This document shows positions 47,262 through 57,917 of a DNA stretch of 64,000 nt, piece after piece. Numbering within the stretch: position 1 is the stretch's first letter; every line of letters begins with the position of its first letter. Source of the DNA: Clostridia bacterium (lineage in GTDB: Bacteria > Bacillota > Clostridia > Christensenellales > DTU072); contig JAZSMH010000031.1 in the NCBI GenBank assembly GCA_045535785.1, positions 61,903 to 125,902 on the forward strand, read 5' to 3'. The translations under genes were made by a program, and so were the position numbers. The notes under the pieces are model-generated. The model was not told where the DNA came from. It saw only the letters and a program-made list of their open reading frames with translations, and made no database searches.

Positions 47262-50200
47262 ATGCATAACAAAACTTTTGGCAGAGACATTTTTAATAAA
47301 TACTTCATCGGAGGAATGTTGCTCATTTTCGTATTGTTAGCAACGATAATTAGTTTGCCGCTTAACGACAAGGTAAGTGGCAATGTAGCGCATGCTGAAG
47401 ATGAGATACCGACTAAGCCTTCTGCTCAGGTTAAGTACGGAATTAAGACGTACGATGAGGCAAATAACCTCAAGGTAGATGACGCCGGTAATCCCGTATT
47501 GGGCGGAATGGCTGTGGGTTCTTTTGTAGTTGATGCATACGAATCTAATTGGAAGACCAAAATTCTTCAAGAACTCGTTATCTTTGTTGACTTTATTGAG
47601 TTTGCAGCGACTAAGACTACTAAGTATTATAGATCAAGTTCGACAATTGGTTCCCCGGAAGAAACTACTGTTGTAAAAGAAATTATTCCAGAGGAGCAAA
47701 TACCCGACAAATATTTGACGTACGGTACTGGTGCGAATACTTTCCAATTCGCGGGAAGTGGGACAGGTACTGAATATTATGTTCTAAAAGACGTTTCGAT
47801 TTCGGGAACGACTTGGTATGGAGAAATTTTGAAGAACGTTTCATTGGCGAGTGCTAACTCTATACCCGCGGGGGATTATAGTTTTTCTTCGGTAGATTTT
47901 GAGTTCAGTTATACACATTCCTATACCGTAAGTTATACGGTAAATGTTTTGAATGCAACGCAAGGTGGAGGTGGATCACCGCAATCTCCAAGTAACATTG
48001 TTGATGATGAGATAGACGTAGGTGAAGGCGTTACATCTGCTAGCTGTATGTATCCGTCAAGTGAGACTGATACCGATGGACACATAGCACTTACATCGCG
48101 TATATCTGTCGATATCGGTGATGCGGCACATAACAACTTGTTCTTAAATTCCGTTTACAATCCTAGCATAGTTTGGTATGAACACATTAAGTTGCAACAA
48201 ACCGCAACTGTGGGTGATGTTAGCAGTTATTATTTTTTCTCATACAATGACAATTCAAGAAACGTATTTAGCACTAAATATGGTTTTTCACAAGATTTAT
48301 ATTCGCAAGACGGAGCAGCGAGAGCGTTCAATCTTAATGGTACGCTAATGGGAAAAGCATACCATGAATATTTTGATTTGAACTGGTACTATGATGATCA
48401 AAAACTAAATAAAGTTGAAGACACGACTTTGACCAACAGAGCAGGAGCGTATTATTTATTCATCGAAGTTGCAGATGCAAATTGTAATAGCATTTTTAAT
48501 GAAGAGGGTAAAAATATCGAGTTATTATCCATTGTCGATAATTCAAACCATGAACAAAGCTTTATGTATGAATTTGTCGTTGATAAAAAGCTTTTGAAAG
48601 TTGATATAAGCCTAGAGATGGGTGCAAAGATAATAAACAATTCGCTTGCATTTACCACTGATTACATGCTTTATAGTATTCCCAGAGAGTTTATAGGAAA
48701 AACTATCAAATCACAATCGGATATTACCGGGCTAACGTTCTATACGTCTAATGATAATGGTCAAACCTTTCAAAAGGTTAATGACAACACCACGTTTAAT
48801 GAGTCAACGTTTTATTACGTAGATAGTTTAAATGCAGCAAGTATGTTCTCGACCTCTGCGTTGGGTGATGGTATTTGGAGTGAAATGGGTGGCTACATTG
48901 AGGATGCTAACTGGGTTGATGATTCCATGATTAGTTTTAACAATTCTCACTTTGATGAAAAAACAGTTGGCAAACATAATAGGATAACGCTCTATATGCA
49001 AATTGCAAACACGGACCTTAGCATGAATTATGCATTGGATTTAGGTAAGCGTTTTGGGGAATCGTGGATTTCGTATGCAGATAACGCAGTATCTGACACG
49101 GATACATACTTATTACACGAATATCATGACGTCGTAACTGGTGGCGAAATATATGAGTATAGCTACTATTATTCGTATTTCGAAATTTTACCACCTGCGG
49201 TTAGTCTCAATTTTTCTAATTTTGTCGGCACTGATTTCTATGGAGCAGTTAGGAATAACGATGATATAGATTACGATTCGGTATCTGTTAGCACTGATAT
49301 TACTACGTATGACGGAACTAAAGGTGCGTATAACGTAATTACAAGCGAAACGAACTGGTATGTAAAAATTATATCAGACATGAGTGAAGTGAAAAACAGT
49401 GTTACGGACAACTATGTTTATATATATTTAACTGTTGCGAACAGGAATTATGGTCAAGCGGAAACTAATTTTAGCTTGGGTGGCATGTCGTATGAGAAGT
49501 ATACGGGTACGCTGTATGCAGGTTCATATTATATCATATACGAGCCACACGTTGCTTTTGCTGGAGGAACAAATAGTGAGCAGTTAAAGGTTGTTAACGG
49601 TGAATGTAAAGTTAGTAACTCTGCAAATGTAGAGCTGTTTTCTGTAAGAGTAGATAGATTGATTTATTACAATGTAGAACCTCTCGATATTTATATAACG
49701 GTTGAAGATTATAAGAGCGACAAGACCTACGATGGTACCGATATTGTATGGTCAAATACAGAGGGCGAACCTGCAACCATAGGTTTAGGATTAGAGGAGT
49801 ACGATTTGTCGCCAAGTATTGTAGGTTACGATAATATATTGGCATACGATTTAGCAAATTATATTACATACGAACAATCTCTCATTTATGAACAAAAGAC
49901 GGCTTCTAATAATAAGATTAACATAATTCCTAGCGTTACGCTAAAACATAAGGGTGGCAACGATGCCATGGATACTATTTACTCAATAATTGCTAGTTAT
50001 CAAATATTGAGCAAACCAAGAGTTAACGGTGAAGAAACAGAATTACAAGGATATATCAATTACAGGTATTTGGATATTGAGATACTGGATAACCCTGACA
50101 GAATTACCGATATATCCGACGCTAATTATAGCGAAAGTGATTATTCTCGTAGTTATGGTGAAGATACGTACGTAGCATTTAGAGTTGCAAAATACAACGA

Positions 50201-53200
50201 CTTAGATTCAAAAGGTGCTGAAGTTAGATCAAAATATACGAAAGCGTCAACTTATGCTGAAAGGTTAAACGTTAGCGAAGAAGAATTTTGGCAAAAGTAT
50301 TCGTATTATGCAGATTATTATTATTACTATGACGAGGGAACTAGAAGAAGCATATACTGCTATTACAGCGAGTTGCCTGAAATATGGAACGGACGCAATT
50401 ACGTATTCTTAACGATAGCAGATTCTGGTGATGAGGATAGAGGATTATTACAAGGTGAATCGTTCAAATGGGATAGCACGGTAAATTATGACGATGATCC
50501 TAGCAAAATATTCAACTACAATCAAAATACTGAGGCCGAAGAAACGTTCATTCCTAAAAATTTGATTTCTTGGTATGACGTTTATAATCCTGAAATTGAG
50601 ATTAATAGTTTAACGAGATCTAACAATGATGAAAATAAAAACTACACACTTGGTCTTGCTGTAGATGATTTTTCTATAACGAATTACAAGATTGCAGCAT
50701 GTGTTGACAAACCTACGTTTACATTAGAAATCTTAAAGATAGAATTATCGCCTGAAGACGTATTCGACTTTAGAGGTGTTAATATGGATTTAGACAGATA
50801 TCTAAAGTACGATGGTAGCGCACATATTAGTAGCATTTGCACGCACGATAATAACACAACCTTTATTAGTTTAAGGAATCACCCAGAGTATAGTGATATT
50901 AGGAAAGAATACAACGATCAATTCCAAGAGTTGCTTCGTGTTGTAAAATTTTCAATCGACTATTATTCAGATAGTTCTCTTAACGAAGAATTCGAGGGTA
51001 CAGATCTTGCATTAGATGCTATCATGAACGTTGTTTGGGCAGGAACTTATACTTTTGAAATAAAAATTAAAGAAACAAACAACTATCGTTCTGTGGTTGG
51101 CTATCACTCTGTATCGGTCGACGTTGCAAGAGTTGAAATATATGCCACTGTTGCAAAACGTACATATATGCCAAAATACGATCCAGCAGAGGAAGTCAAA
51201 CTCGCACCTATTGATGCTTCAATTAATTTGACTAGGAATGAGTTAGAGAGTAGAAGAAGATATATAAATCCAGAGACAGGTGCAATTTCTGATAACAGTG
51301 CAAGTGGCGGTGAAGAAATATACGTTTATTTTGAGGATAACGATATAACCAATCCTATATCAACAGAATTTATACACTTCTACTATGTAGGTTTTATGGG
51401 AACTGATACTTTCGATGGAGAAATTGGGGAAACAGAGGCTACACTTACATTCAATTCTCCTTTTGCTACCGACGTATATGGTACGATAGATAGAGCTGGA
51501 AAATACGATAAAGTAGGGACGTCTAATCTCGACGTAATATCTATTGCGGGTGCACATATGCGTAACTACATCTTTAGTCCTCATACAACGGCATTGTACG
51601 TTATAAAACAAAGTCTAGAATTGGTTATAGAACCTAATCAAACAATCACCTATACGGGAAAATATATTATGCCCGATTATGAAGTATACAATAGTAATGC
51701 TGATTTAGTAAATGCAGAGTTAGCTAAATACGTTGCAGGATATTATGACGTTGAAGGTAATATTTACATAAAAGATTATGCGAATGAATCTTCTCCTGTT
51801 ATTAGAAAAGCAGTAATTGCTAGTGATTACGACGCGTTGAATGAATATTACTTCTATTTTTATAAAGGTGGGAAGCAAACGTTTGTATATTACGATGGTG
51901 AAAGTTATTTTTATTATGAAGATAACGACACTACTAATGCAAGAACTTATATTTCATCCTTTATTCCCAATTTTCAGTTAAAAGATGGGGAAATTTATAC
52001 TGAATACGTTGCGATTTTACCTGGACTCGGTGATGATGGTAAAATGTATTTAGTAGTCAATGAGCAAATTGAAGCTGCCAATAAGGACAAACAAGTTAAA
52101 GACGTATTCTATATTGACGGCAAGCGTGGCGGATATATATTAAAAGCATATGCTACACCACCAAGTGGGGGAAGTGGCAATAACTACGTAAGAACTGATA
52201 GCGTACAAGTATTTATTAATGTCGATTTGCTTGATATTGAACTTAAAGATATAAATAGTGAAACGATTGATGGAACGACTATCAACCCGATAGTTTTCGA
52301 AACCTATTCTTCAACAGAATTTGCATTCAAAGATATTAGCGAATATTACAAAGGCGTTCCAGAAAAAGGTAATGAAATCGAACCTGAATATTTCTGGGGA
52401 AAAGTTGAGTATGCTGTATTTGAAGGAAACAAACAAATATATTATTACTGGGATACCGATAATTTTGGAGAAACTTATGCGTCAACTTTTGCAACAGCAT
52501 ACGAAAAAGATTTCAAAAACACTAATTTTAACAAAGCTGACATTAATACTTCGGTAATAAATGCAGGTGTTTATGTAATTTTGGCAAAAGTCACAATTAA
52601 TGACGGCACTCAATTTGAAGATCAAACCGTAGATATGACTAAGAATATTCGTTTTGCAACGAATGCGACCCAAGGAAAATTTGGTGGAGAAATTGTTGAA
52701 TCTCAAAATGCGAATGAGTCGTACTTTATTTTACATCTCGTTATGCATAGATCAAACGAGGTTGATTTTAAAGCTCTACCGGCAGGAGGACTAGTAGGAA
52801 CTGATACTGACAGTGATGGTATTGACGATTTTTATCAAAAAACTTATGATGCGCAAGAGATATCTATGGGCGCAAAATTGTTGGTATTGGGTAGAGAGTC
52901 AAGCAAGGGAGAAATTCTTAACCTAAGAGCATACATATCTCCTACGGAAAACGAGAGAGACGGCGAGTATTATTTCTTGAGCAATTATAGTTTTGAATTA
53001 CTAGATAACGTCGAAATAGGTGCACTTATTCCTAAGAATACTTATTATGAGAAATTTGGGCTAGATTATAAGCTTACGGAGGATGAGGTTTTTGAATCAG
53101 GCACTCAATACTATACAAGATATCATTACATTGATAATTACACAGTTTCTAACGTTAGCTTAGTTAATCATAACAATTTTTACGTAATTTACCTTGTTAA

Positions 53201-56200
53201 TTATAATGACAATATGACTTATAATAACAATTATACAACTATTAGGAAAATGTATAAGGTAAACATAGCCCAAAGAGCATTAGACGTTAAGATAGCCGTA
53301 AAAGAAGGTGAAGAAAGCTTCAAATATTATGGTGAAAAGAATAGCGACGTTGAACACAAGTTCTATTTCACTTATGAGAATTGGGCAACAACGAAAGACA
53401 AAGAACAATTAGAGATGGATATAAGCTCACCTGTTATTAATTGGTCGGACGTTATGACGGAAAATGATCCAGAAGGCGAATACATGCCGTGTAAAGACGA
53501 AAAATATCAAATTTACGCAAAAGATGCGCCTAACAATGGAACGTATGTCCCAGCAATTTCTGTTAACGATAAGAGTTACAGCAATTACGCCTTCAATTAC
53601 AATACGGCAAGCATTGGTTTTGAGATTAGAAAATTACAACTTGTTATAGGTGGCAGTGAATATCCGCGTGTCGATATAAGCGAATACGGAGAATATCAGG
53701 GCGTTGGAATGTTGCCAGAAGTTGTGCGCTACGGGCATGATGGTAGAATACTTGACGTAGAAAATGGCCAAGATAGCGTGCAAACGATGATCACGCTCGA
53801 AGGCAAATTCAATGATGGCGTGTATGACTATCAAAGAGAATACACAGAAAGCGAATTATTGAATTTACCTAAAACAAAAGTTGGCTCTGCATTGAGCGTT
53901 GGATATTACTTGTTTAAGATATCTATGCCTGACAGCATTAACTATAAAGGTATAGGAACGATTTATTGGGTATTTGAGATAACTAAGTCGTTGCTTACAG
54001 TTGAGTTTATAGACGATTATGGTCAAGTATATAGAGGAATAAGAGAAGAAGTATATTCTGGTAATAGCGTAATTTATCCTACGTATAGTATTCAATATAC
54101 CGGATTTTTGGGATCGGATGCTATCATGTATCCTAGTGGTATAAAAGAACAAATTTCATTCTTACATTATAATGATGGTGAGCATAGAGTTACAAATAGT
54201 GCATTGGGATTAATAAATCCTTATTATATATTCATAGATGCGAATACAGGCACAGAATTGCGAGATACAGACGGTAATCCTATAATGCCGACGGAAAGAG
54301 GTACGTATTACATAAGAGTAGTATACGCTAGAAACGTGTATGGATTTGCGAACAACTATGACATCCGTGTTGAATACGCGCAAGAAGATGGAGATACTAT
54401 CTATCCGGAATTTGTAATCACGGCAAGAAAAGTAACGGTAAGATACGATTCTATGCAAAATACAAAAATTGTTAAAACCTACGATGGAACAAATGAAGTT
54501 AAAGATGGCAGTGTATCGAACGCAAATTACACGTTTACTAAGGTAACTGGTATAGTTGAATCTGGACTGATTGATGGAGACGAAATTTATATAAGTGTTA
54601 ATTACTTAGAAAGTAAGTACGCGAGAAAAACTGTATATGACGCATTAGGTGTAATGAGTGATATAGAAGTTTATTTACTTGTTAATTCGATATTAGATGG
54701 ACCTGATTATAACAATTACGAGTTGGTGATAATTCCCACAGAAGATAATGCGCACGTTGCGGGTGGTGTGACGTATTTGAAGTTGTACGGAACGATTAAT
54801 CCTGCATCGGCAACGGTTAGATTCTATAAAGACGGACAAGTTATGACTAATCGCATAACGGAAGTATATGATGGATTGCCAAAACCGGTAACTGTAGTCG
54901 TAACGGGTGTTAATGGTGAGGTGCTTACCATTGAAGGCGGTGGATATAGCATGAGATACGTTTCTGAGTTAAGTAATTACGATAGAGAAGAGGCACCATC
55001 TAACTGTGATACTTACGTTGTAACAGTTACAATTATCGATAAAAACTATATACCTACTTCTAATAGTATAGACCTTGTTATAGGACAAGCAGAAGTAGAG
55101 ATAAACTTTGGTGGTGACGGAATACAAGTTTACGGCGACGTAACCGTAGGGTTGTCTGCAACGGCTATTAGTGTTAATAATTATCATAAAGATTTGACGG
55201 TAACTTACTATTACTATAATGAGGACGGAACGCAAGGAGAGCTGATAGAAGATATAAGTAAGGCGCCTATAGGCGTATACATTGTTGAGGCAATTCACAA
55301 CGAAACAACGAACTATGGATATAAACGTGATACGGAGCTCCTTACCATTGTAAGGCGTGAAGTACAACTAAATTATGATATTGCTAATCAATATAAATAT
55401 ACAGGACAAGCGGTAGATATCCTAATGTATTTTATTGATAGTACTTCCACTTATTATCCTCAATTAATGTTCGATACTATTGTTGATGGGCAAGCAATTC
55501 CTTACAATTATCAACTATCTGAAAGTGGTGAGGTAGCTAATATATCTTCGCGTTATCCTATTGATGCGGGACAATATAGAGTTAAGGCTTACGAAGAATT
55601 TGGTAATTTTACGATAACAGATGCTATTTGGTGTGATTTTGACATTCAAAAAGCTGACATGGTGGTATCGGTTGCTGATCTAATAATTGACGAAGGTGAT
55701 GAGATAGAATTCACCATTGTGTTAGTGGGTAATTTGACTTCAGCTAATGCAAGTAGCGTAATTAGTGGTGTTCAGTACAAATATTATGATGCTATTACGG
55801 GAGAAGAGCTTAGTGTAGAACCTACTTTGGCTGGTGAATATAAGGTTATGTGCCATAGCGCTACGTCTAAGAATTATAACTTGAATTATTCATTTGGAAT
55901 ATTGAAGATAAATAAAGTTGTGATTGAAACTGTCGTACAAACCTCAAATTCAAGAGAAGAACAAAAACAAATAATATTGGAAGGTTCTTTTAATAGCAAA
56001 ATGTCGGTAACTATTAGTAAGAAACAAAACATCGAATACGTAGATATGGTTACGACCTATCAATCGTACGTTGAAAATAATCCAGATTTCGCAACATACA
56101 AGCTATCGGATATATACGTGTTCGAATACGTTAACTATGTTCCTAGCGCTATAAGAGGCAACGTTGTTGTAAAAATACACAGCAAGGACCTTATTGAATT

Positions 56201-56492
56201 ACTCAAGCATAATCAAAAAGACGATGAGTCTACAGGTGGTTCCGCTGATGAAGAGTTGAAATTTAATGTAGCGTTACTCGATGCAACTGGCAATTTCGTT
56301 ATCGTTGAAGGATATCAGGATGGAGATTATGTATGCTTTGAGACTAGTGAAACGCAAATTAGAGCAATAAGTATACTTGTTGATGAAACAATTACTATGT
56401 CTGATACGCTCGATTGGTTATTATACGTAGGTATAGCTGTTGCTGTTCTATTGATAGGTATAGCGATAGTTATTGTAGTGAAGAGGGCTTAA
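47262..56492 (+). CDS. Giant surface protein (3076 aa) with YDG/MBG-type adhesin repeats, N-terminal signal peptide and C-terminal TM anchor
   Basis: Signal peptide MHNKTFGRDIFNKYFIGGMLLIFVLLATIISLP...VAHA-ED. YDG-like units are present (KTYDGTDIV, VKTYDGTNEVKDG...NNYELVI). MBG-like units are present (EVYDGLPKP...DKNYIP...LVIGQAEV, SATSKNYNLNYSFGILKINK). C-terminal TM and basic tail LLYVGIAVAVLLIGIAIVIVVKRA. No LPXTG motif. Confidence 0.85.
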   Translation: MHNKTFGRDIFNKYFIGGMLLIFVLLATIISLPLNDKVSGNVAHAEDEIPTKPSAQVKYGIKTYDEANNLKVDDAGNPVLGGMAVGSFVVDAYESNWKTKILQELVIFVDFIEFAATKTTKYYRSSSTIGSPEETTVVKEIIPEEQIPDKYLTYGTGANTFQFAGSGTGTEYYVLKDVSISGTTWYGEILKNVSLASANSIPAGDYSFSSVDFEFSYTHSYTVSYTVNVLNATQGGGGSPQSPSNIVDDEIDVGEGVTSASCMYPSSETDTDGHIALTSRISVDIGDAAHNNLFLNSVYNPSIVWYEHIKLQQTATVGDVSSYYFFSYNDNSRNVFSTKYGFSQDLYSQDGAARAFNLNGTLMGKAYHEYFDLNWYYDDQKLNKVEDTTLTNRAGAYYLFIEVADANCNSIFNEEGKNIELLSIVDNSNHEQSFMYEFVVDKKLLKVDISLEMGAKIINNSLAFTTDYMLYSIPREFIGKTIKSQSDITGLTFYTSNDNGQTFQKVNDNTTFNESTFYYVDSLNAASMFSTSALGDGIWSEMGGYIEDANWVDDSMISFNNSHFDEKTVGKHNRITLYMQIANTDLSMNYALDLGKRFGESWISYADNAVSDTDTYLLHEYHDVVTGGEIYEYSYYYSYFEILPPAVSLNFSNFVGTDFYGAVRNNDDIDYDSVSVSTDITTYDGTKGAYNVITSETNWYVKIISDMSEVKNSVTDNYVYIYLTVANRNYGQAETNFSLGGMSYEKYTGTLYAGSYYIIYEPHVAFAGGTNSEQLKVVNGECKVSNSANVELFSVRVDRLIYYNVEPLDIYITVEDYKSDKTYDGTDIVWSNTEGEPATIGLGLEEYDLSPSIVGYDNILAYDLANYITYEQSLIYEQKTASNNKINIIPSVTLKHKGGNDAMDTIYSIIASYQILSKPRVNGEETELQGYINYRYLDIEILDNPDRITDISDANYSESDYSRSYGEDTYVAFRVAKYNDLDSKGAEVRSKYTKASTYAERLNVSEEEFWQKYSYYADYYYYYDEGTRRSIYCYYSELPEIWNGRNYVFLTIADSGDEDRGLLQGESFKWDSTVNYDDDPSKIFNYNQNTEAEETFIPKNLISWYDVYNPEIEINSLTRSNNDENKNYTLGLAVDDFSITNYKIAACVDKPTFTLEILKIELSPEDVFDFRGVNMDLDRYLKYDGSAHISSICTHDNNTTFISLRNHPEYSDIRKEYNDQFQELLRVVKFSIDYYSDSSLNEEFEGTDLALDAIMNVVWAGTYTFEIKIKETNNYRSVVGYHSVSVDVARVEIYATVAKRTYMPKYDPAEEVKLAPIDASINLTRNELESRRRYINPETGAISDNSASGGEEIYVYFEDNDITNPISTEFIHFYYVGFMGTDTFDGEIGETEATLTFNSPFATDVYGTIDRAGKYDKVGTSNLDVISIAGAHMRNYIFSPHTTALYVIKQSLELVIEPNQTITYTGKYIMPDYEVYNSNADLVNAELAKYVAGYYDVEGNIYIKDYANESSPVIRKAVIASDYDALNEYYFYFYKGGKQTFVYYDGESYFYYEDNDTTNARTYISSFIPNFQLKDGEIYTEYVAILPGLGDDGKMYLVVNEQIEAANKDKQVKDVFYIDGKRGGYILKAYATPPSGGSGNNYVRTDSVQVFINVDLLDIELKDINSETIDGTTINPIVFETYSSTEFAFKDISEYYKGVPEKGNEIEPEYFWGKVEYAVFEGNKQIYYYWDTDNFGETYASTFATAYEKDFKNTNFNKADINTSVINAGVYVILAKVTINDGTQFEDQTVDMTKNIRFATNATQGKFGGEIVESQNANESYFILHLVMHRSNEVDFKALPAGGLVGTDTDSDGIDDFYQKTYDAQEISMGAKLLVLGRESSKGEILNLRAYISPTENERDGEYYFLSNYSFELLDNVEIGALIPKNTYYEKFGLDYKLTEDEVFESGTQYYTRYHYIDNYTVSNVSLVNHNNFYVIYLVNYNDNMTYNNNYTTIRKMYKVNIAQRALDVKIAVKEGEESFKYYGEKNSDVEHKFYFTYENWATTKDKEQLEMDISSPVINWSDVMTENDPEGEYMPCKDEKYQIYAKDAPNNGTYVPAISVNDKSYSNYAFNYNTASIGFEIRKLQLVIGGSEYPRVDISEYGEYQGVGMLPEVVRYGHDGRILDVENGQDSVQTMITLEGKFNDGVYDYQREYTESELLNLPKTKVGSALSVGYYLFKISMPDSINYKGIGTIYWVFEITKSLLTVEFIDDYGQVYRGIREEVYSGNSVIYPTYSIQYTGFLGSDAIMYPSGIKEQISFLHYNDGEHRVTNSALGLINPYYIFIDANTGTELRDTDGNPIMPTERGTYYIRVVYARNVYGFANNYDIRVEYAQEDGDTIYPEFVITARKVTVRYDSMQNTKIVKTYDGTNEVKDGSVSNANYTFTKVTGIVESGLIDGDEIYISVNYLESKYARKTVYDALGVMSDIEVYLLVNSILDGPDYNNYELVIIPTEDNAHVAGGVTYLKLYGTINPASATVRFYKDGQVMTNRITEVYDGLPKPVTVVVTGVNGEVLTIEGGGYSMRYVSELSNYDREEAPSNCDTYVVTVTIIDKNYIPTSNSIDLVIGQAEVEINFGGDGIQVYGDVTVGLSATAISVNNYHKDLTVTYYYYNEDGTQGELIEDISKAPIGVYIVEAIHNETTNYGYKRDTELLTIVRREVQLNYDIANQYKYTGQAVDILMYFIDSTSTYYPQLMFDTIVDGQAIPYNYQLSESGEVANISSRYPIDAGQYRVKAYEEFGNFTITDAIWCDFDIQKADMVVSVADLIIDEGDEIEFTIVLVGNLTSANASSVISGVQYKYYDAITGEELSVEPTLAGEYKVMCHSATSKNYNLNYSFGILKINKVVIETVVQTSNSREEQKQIILEGSFNSKMSVTISKKQNIEYVDMVTTYQSYVENNPDFATYKLSDIYVFEYVNYVPSAIRGNVVVKIHSKDLIELLKHNQKDDESTGGSADEELKFNVALLDATGNFVIVEGYQDGDYVCFETSETQIRAISILVDETITMSDTLDWLLYVGIAVAVLLIGIAIVIVVKRA

Positions 56493-56495
56493 TAT

Positions 56496-57695
56496 ATGAA
56501 ACAAAAGTCTAGTGTAAAGAATAAGTTATGTTTTGTTTGCTTATTGGTTATATGCACGTTTTTAGCTATGTTAATAGGTGTTAGCATTCATGGAGAAGAA
56601 GCTCACGGTTTAATTCGTGAAAAAATTCTTACTGGCGAACAAACAAAAATTTTGCTTTATAATGGTGAAAATTATCTAGATTATGACGATGGTATAAATG
56701 AGGTTTTGAGTGCATTTATCTTCAAACTTGATGGGGAAAAAATTGAATTAAATTCTACAAATACCACAATTTCTGGAATAAAGTCATTGCATAAACCTGG
56801 TAAATATAAGTGCGCTTTTGAGGTAAATTACGATGGAGAGAATTATCTATTGGAGAATTCTACAATAACCTTATCAAAGCGTGTTGTTACAGTTAATACC
56901 TTATTAAACGGTAAGAATAATTTAACCATAAAAGAAGGTGAGAGCGTTACCGTAGCGTACGATTATTCTGGCGCAATCAGTGACGATGTAAAAGTTGAAT
57001 CTGTGAGCGGAATAACCGTTAACGTGTTAAAAGATAATGTATTAAATAGGCCTGCATTTGTAGAGTCTATTCCGACAGAAATAACGACTAATCATACGGT
57101 AGTTGCTCGATATGCGGACAGTGATTATTATGATTTCGAGTATAATGAAGCGTATTTGACCATACTTCCCAATATAGTTACTAGTTTGGCTGAAATTACA
57201 GAAGGTGAGGTAATGGTATCCCTAAGTGGTGCGTTTAGTATCACACACACGCTAGAATTCGTAGATATCGGGGTTAGTTTAAGTAGCGATGAGTATGCCA
57301 ACGTTAACGTTAAGCTCGATAAGAATTATGGAGCTTCTAATTTGTTAGTCGACAACAAAGCCGTAGGTTGTTATCGCATTAACGTAAAGCAAAATAATAG
57401 CATTCCTAACGCTAGTGTACCAGCAACGGTAAAAATTGCATTGAATTCGGAAGAAAAAGGGTATGAGGCATACAAGGTAATTGCATTTTACAATAACGGG
57501 GACACCGAAGTGTTGAACGCAACTTGTTCACAGGATGACGTACTTTCGTTCTATGCAACGGATATGGGTGATTTTGTAATTATTATTCCCGAAGATGGAA
57601 TACCAATAACAACTTATGTAATAGCAATTATTTCTGGAATTGTAGTGATTTTATTGGTTGTTTTATTGGTTGCATTTTTTAGGAAAAAATACTAA
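56496..57695 (+). CDS. Membrane-anchored surface protein (399 aa) sharing the C-terminal module of the upstream giant
   Basis: The start lies 3 nt after the giant gene stop. The N-terminus is a signal/TM (LCFVCLLVICTFLAMLIGVSI). The body is MBG-like (ITLSKRVVTVNT...EGESVTVAYDYSGA). The C-terminus is a TM with basic tail IAIISGIVVILLVVLLVAFFRKKY. Confidence 0.7.
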   Translation: MKQKSSVKNKLCFVCLLVICTFLAMLIGVSIHGEEAHGLIREKILTGEQTKILLYNGENYLDYDDGINEVLSAFIFKLDGEKIELNSTNTTISGIKSLHKPGKYKCAFEVNYDGENYLLENSTITLSKRVVTVNTLLNGKNNLTIKEGESVTVAYDYSGAISDDVKVESVSGITVNVLKDNVLNRPAFVESIPTEITTNHTVVARYADSDYYDFEYNEAYLTILPNIVTSLAEITEGEVMVSLSGAFSITHTLEFVDIGVSLSSDEYANVNVKLDKNYGASNLLVDNKAVGCYRINVKQNNSIPNASVPATVKIALNSEEKGYEAYKVIAFYNNGDTEVLNATCSQDDVLSFYATDMGDFVIIIPEDGIPITTYVIAIISGIVVILLVVLLVAFFRKKY

Positions 57696-57724
57696 AAATA
57701 CAATTTAAATTATTTTAAAAATCG

Positions 57725-57760
57725 GCAGTTACGTGTAAAAAACGAACTGCTGTTTTTTTA
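57725..57760 (+). terminator. Intrinsic terminator after the 399-aa gene
   Basis: Stem GCAGTT(A)CGT/ACGAACTGC with an A-rich loop, followed by TGTTTTTTT. Confidence 0.65.
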
Positions 57761-57835
57761 TATTTTTTTTGTGTTTGTTAAAATTTATGGCCTTGTTAAA
57801 GGGAAAAATACGAATCTAAATCGCTTTTGTAAGTA

Positions 57836-57864
57836 TTGCATTTATTTAATAACTATGTTATTAT
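57836..57864 (+). promoter_or_regulatory. Candidate extended -10 promoter of the third giant gene
   Basis: TTGCAT (57836-57841), 17 nt spacer, TGt-TATTAT (-10 at 57859-57864). Confidence 0.5.
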
Positions 57865-57917
57865 ATAAATAATATTAAAAAAGGGTGTACTATTCCCTTT
57901 TTACGGAGGTCGCTAAT

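Noticed and set aside
57878-57902. Hairpin AAAAAGGG-N9-CCCTTTTT just upstream of the SD of the third giant gene, as a possible attenuator or riboswitch terminator
   Set aside because: The stem has only three G-C pairs, and the T-run is part of the stem rather than trailing it. No upstream aptamer-sized leader exists, since the promoter is about 20 nt away. It is probably fortuitous or at most a stability element.
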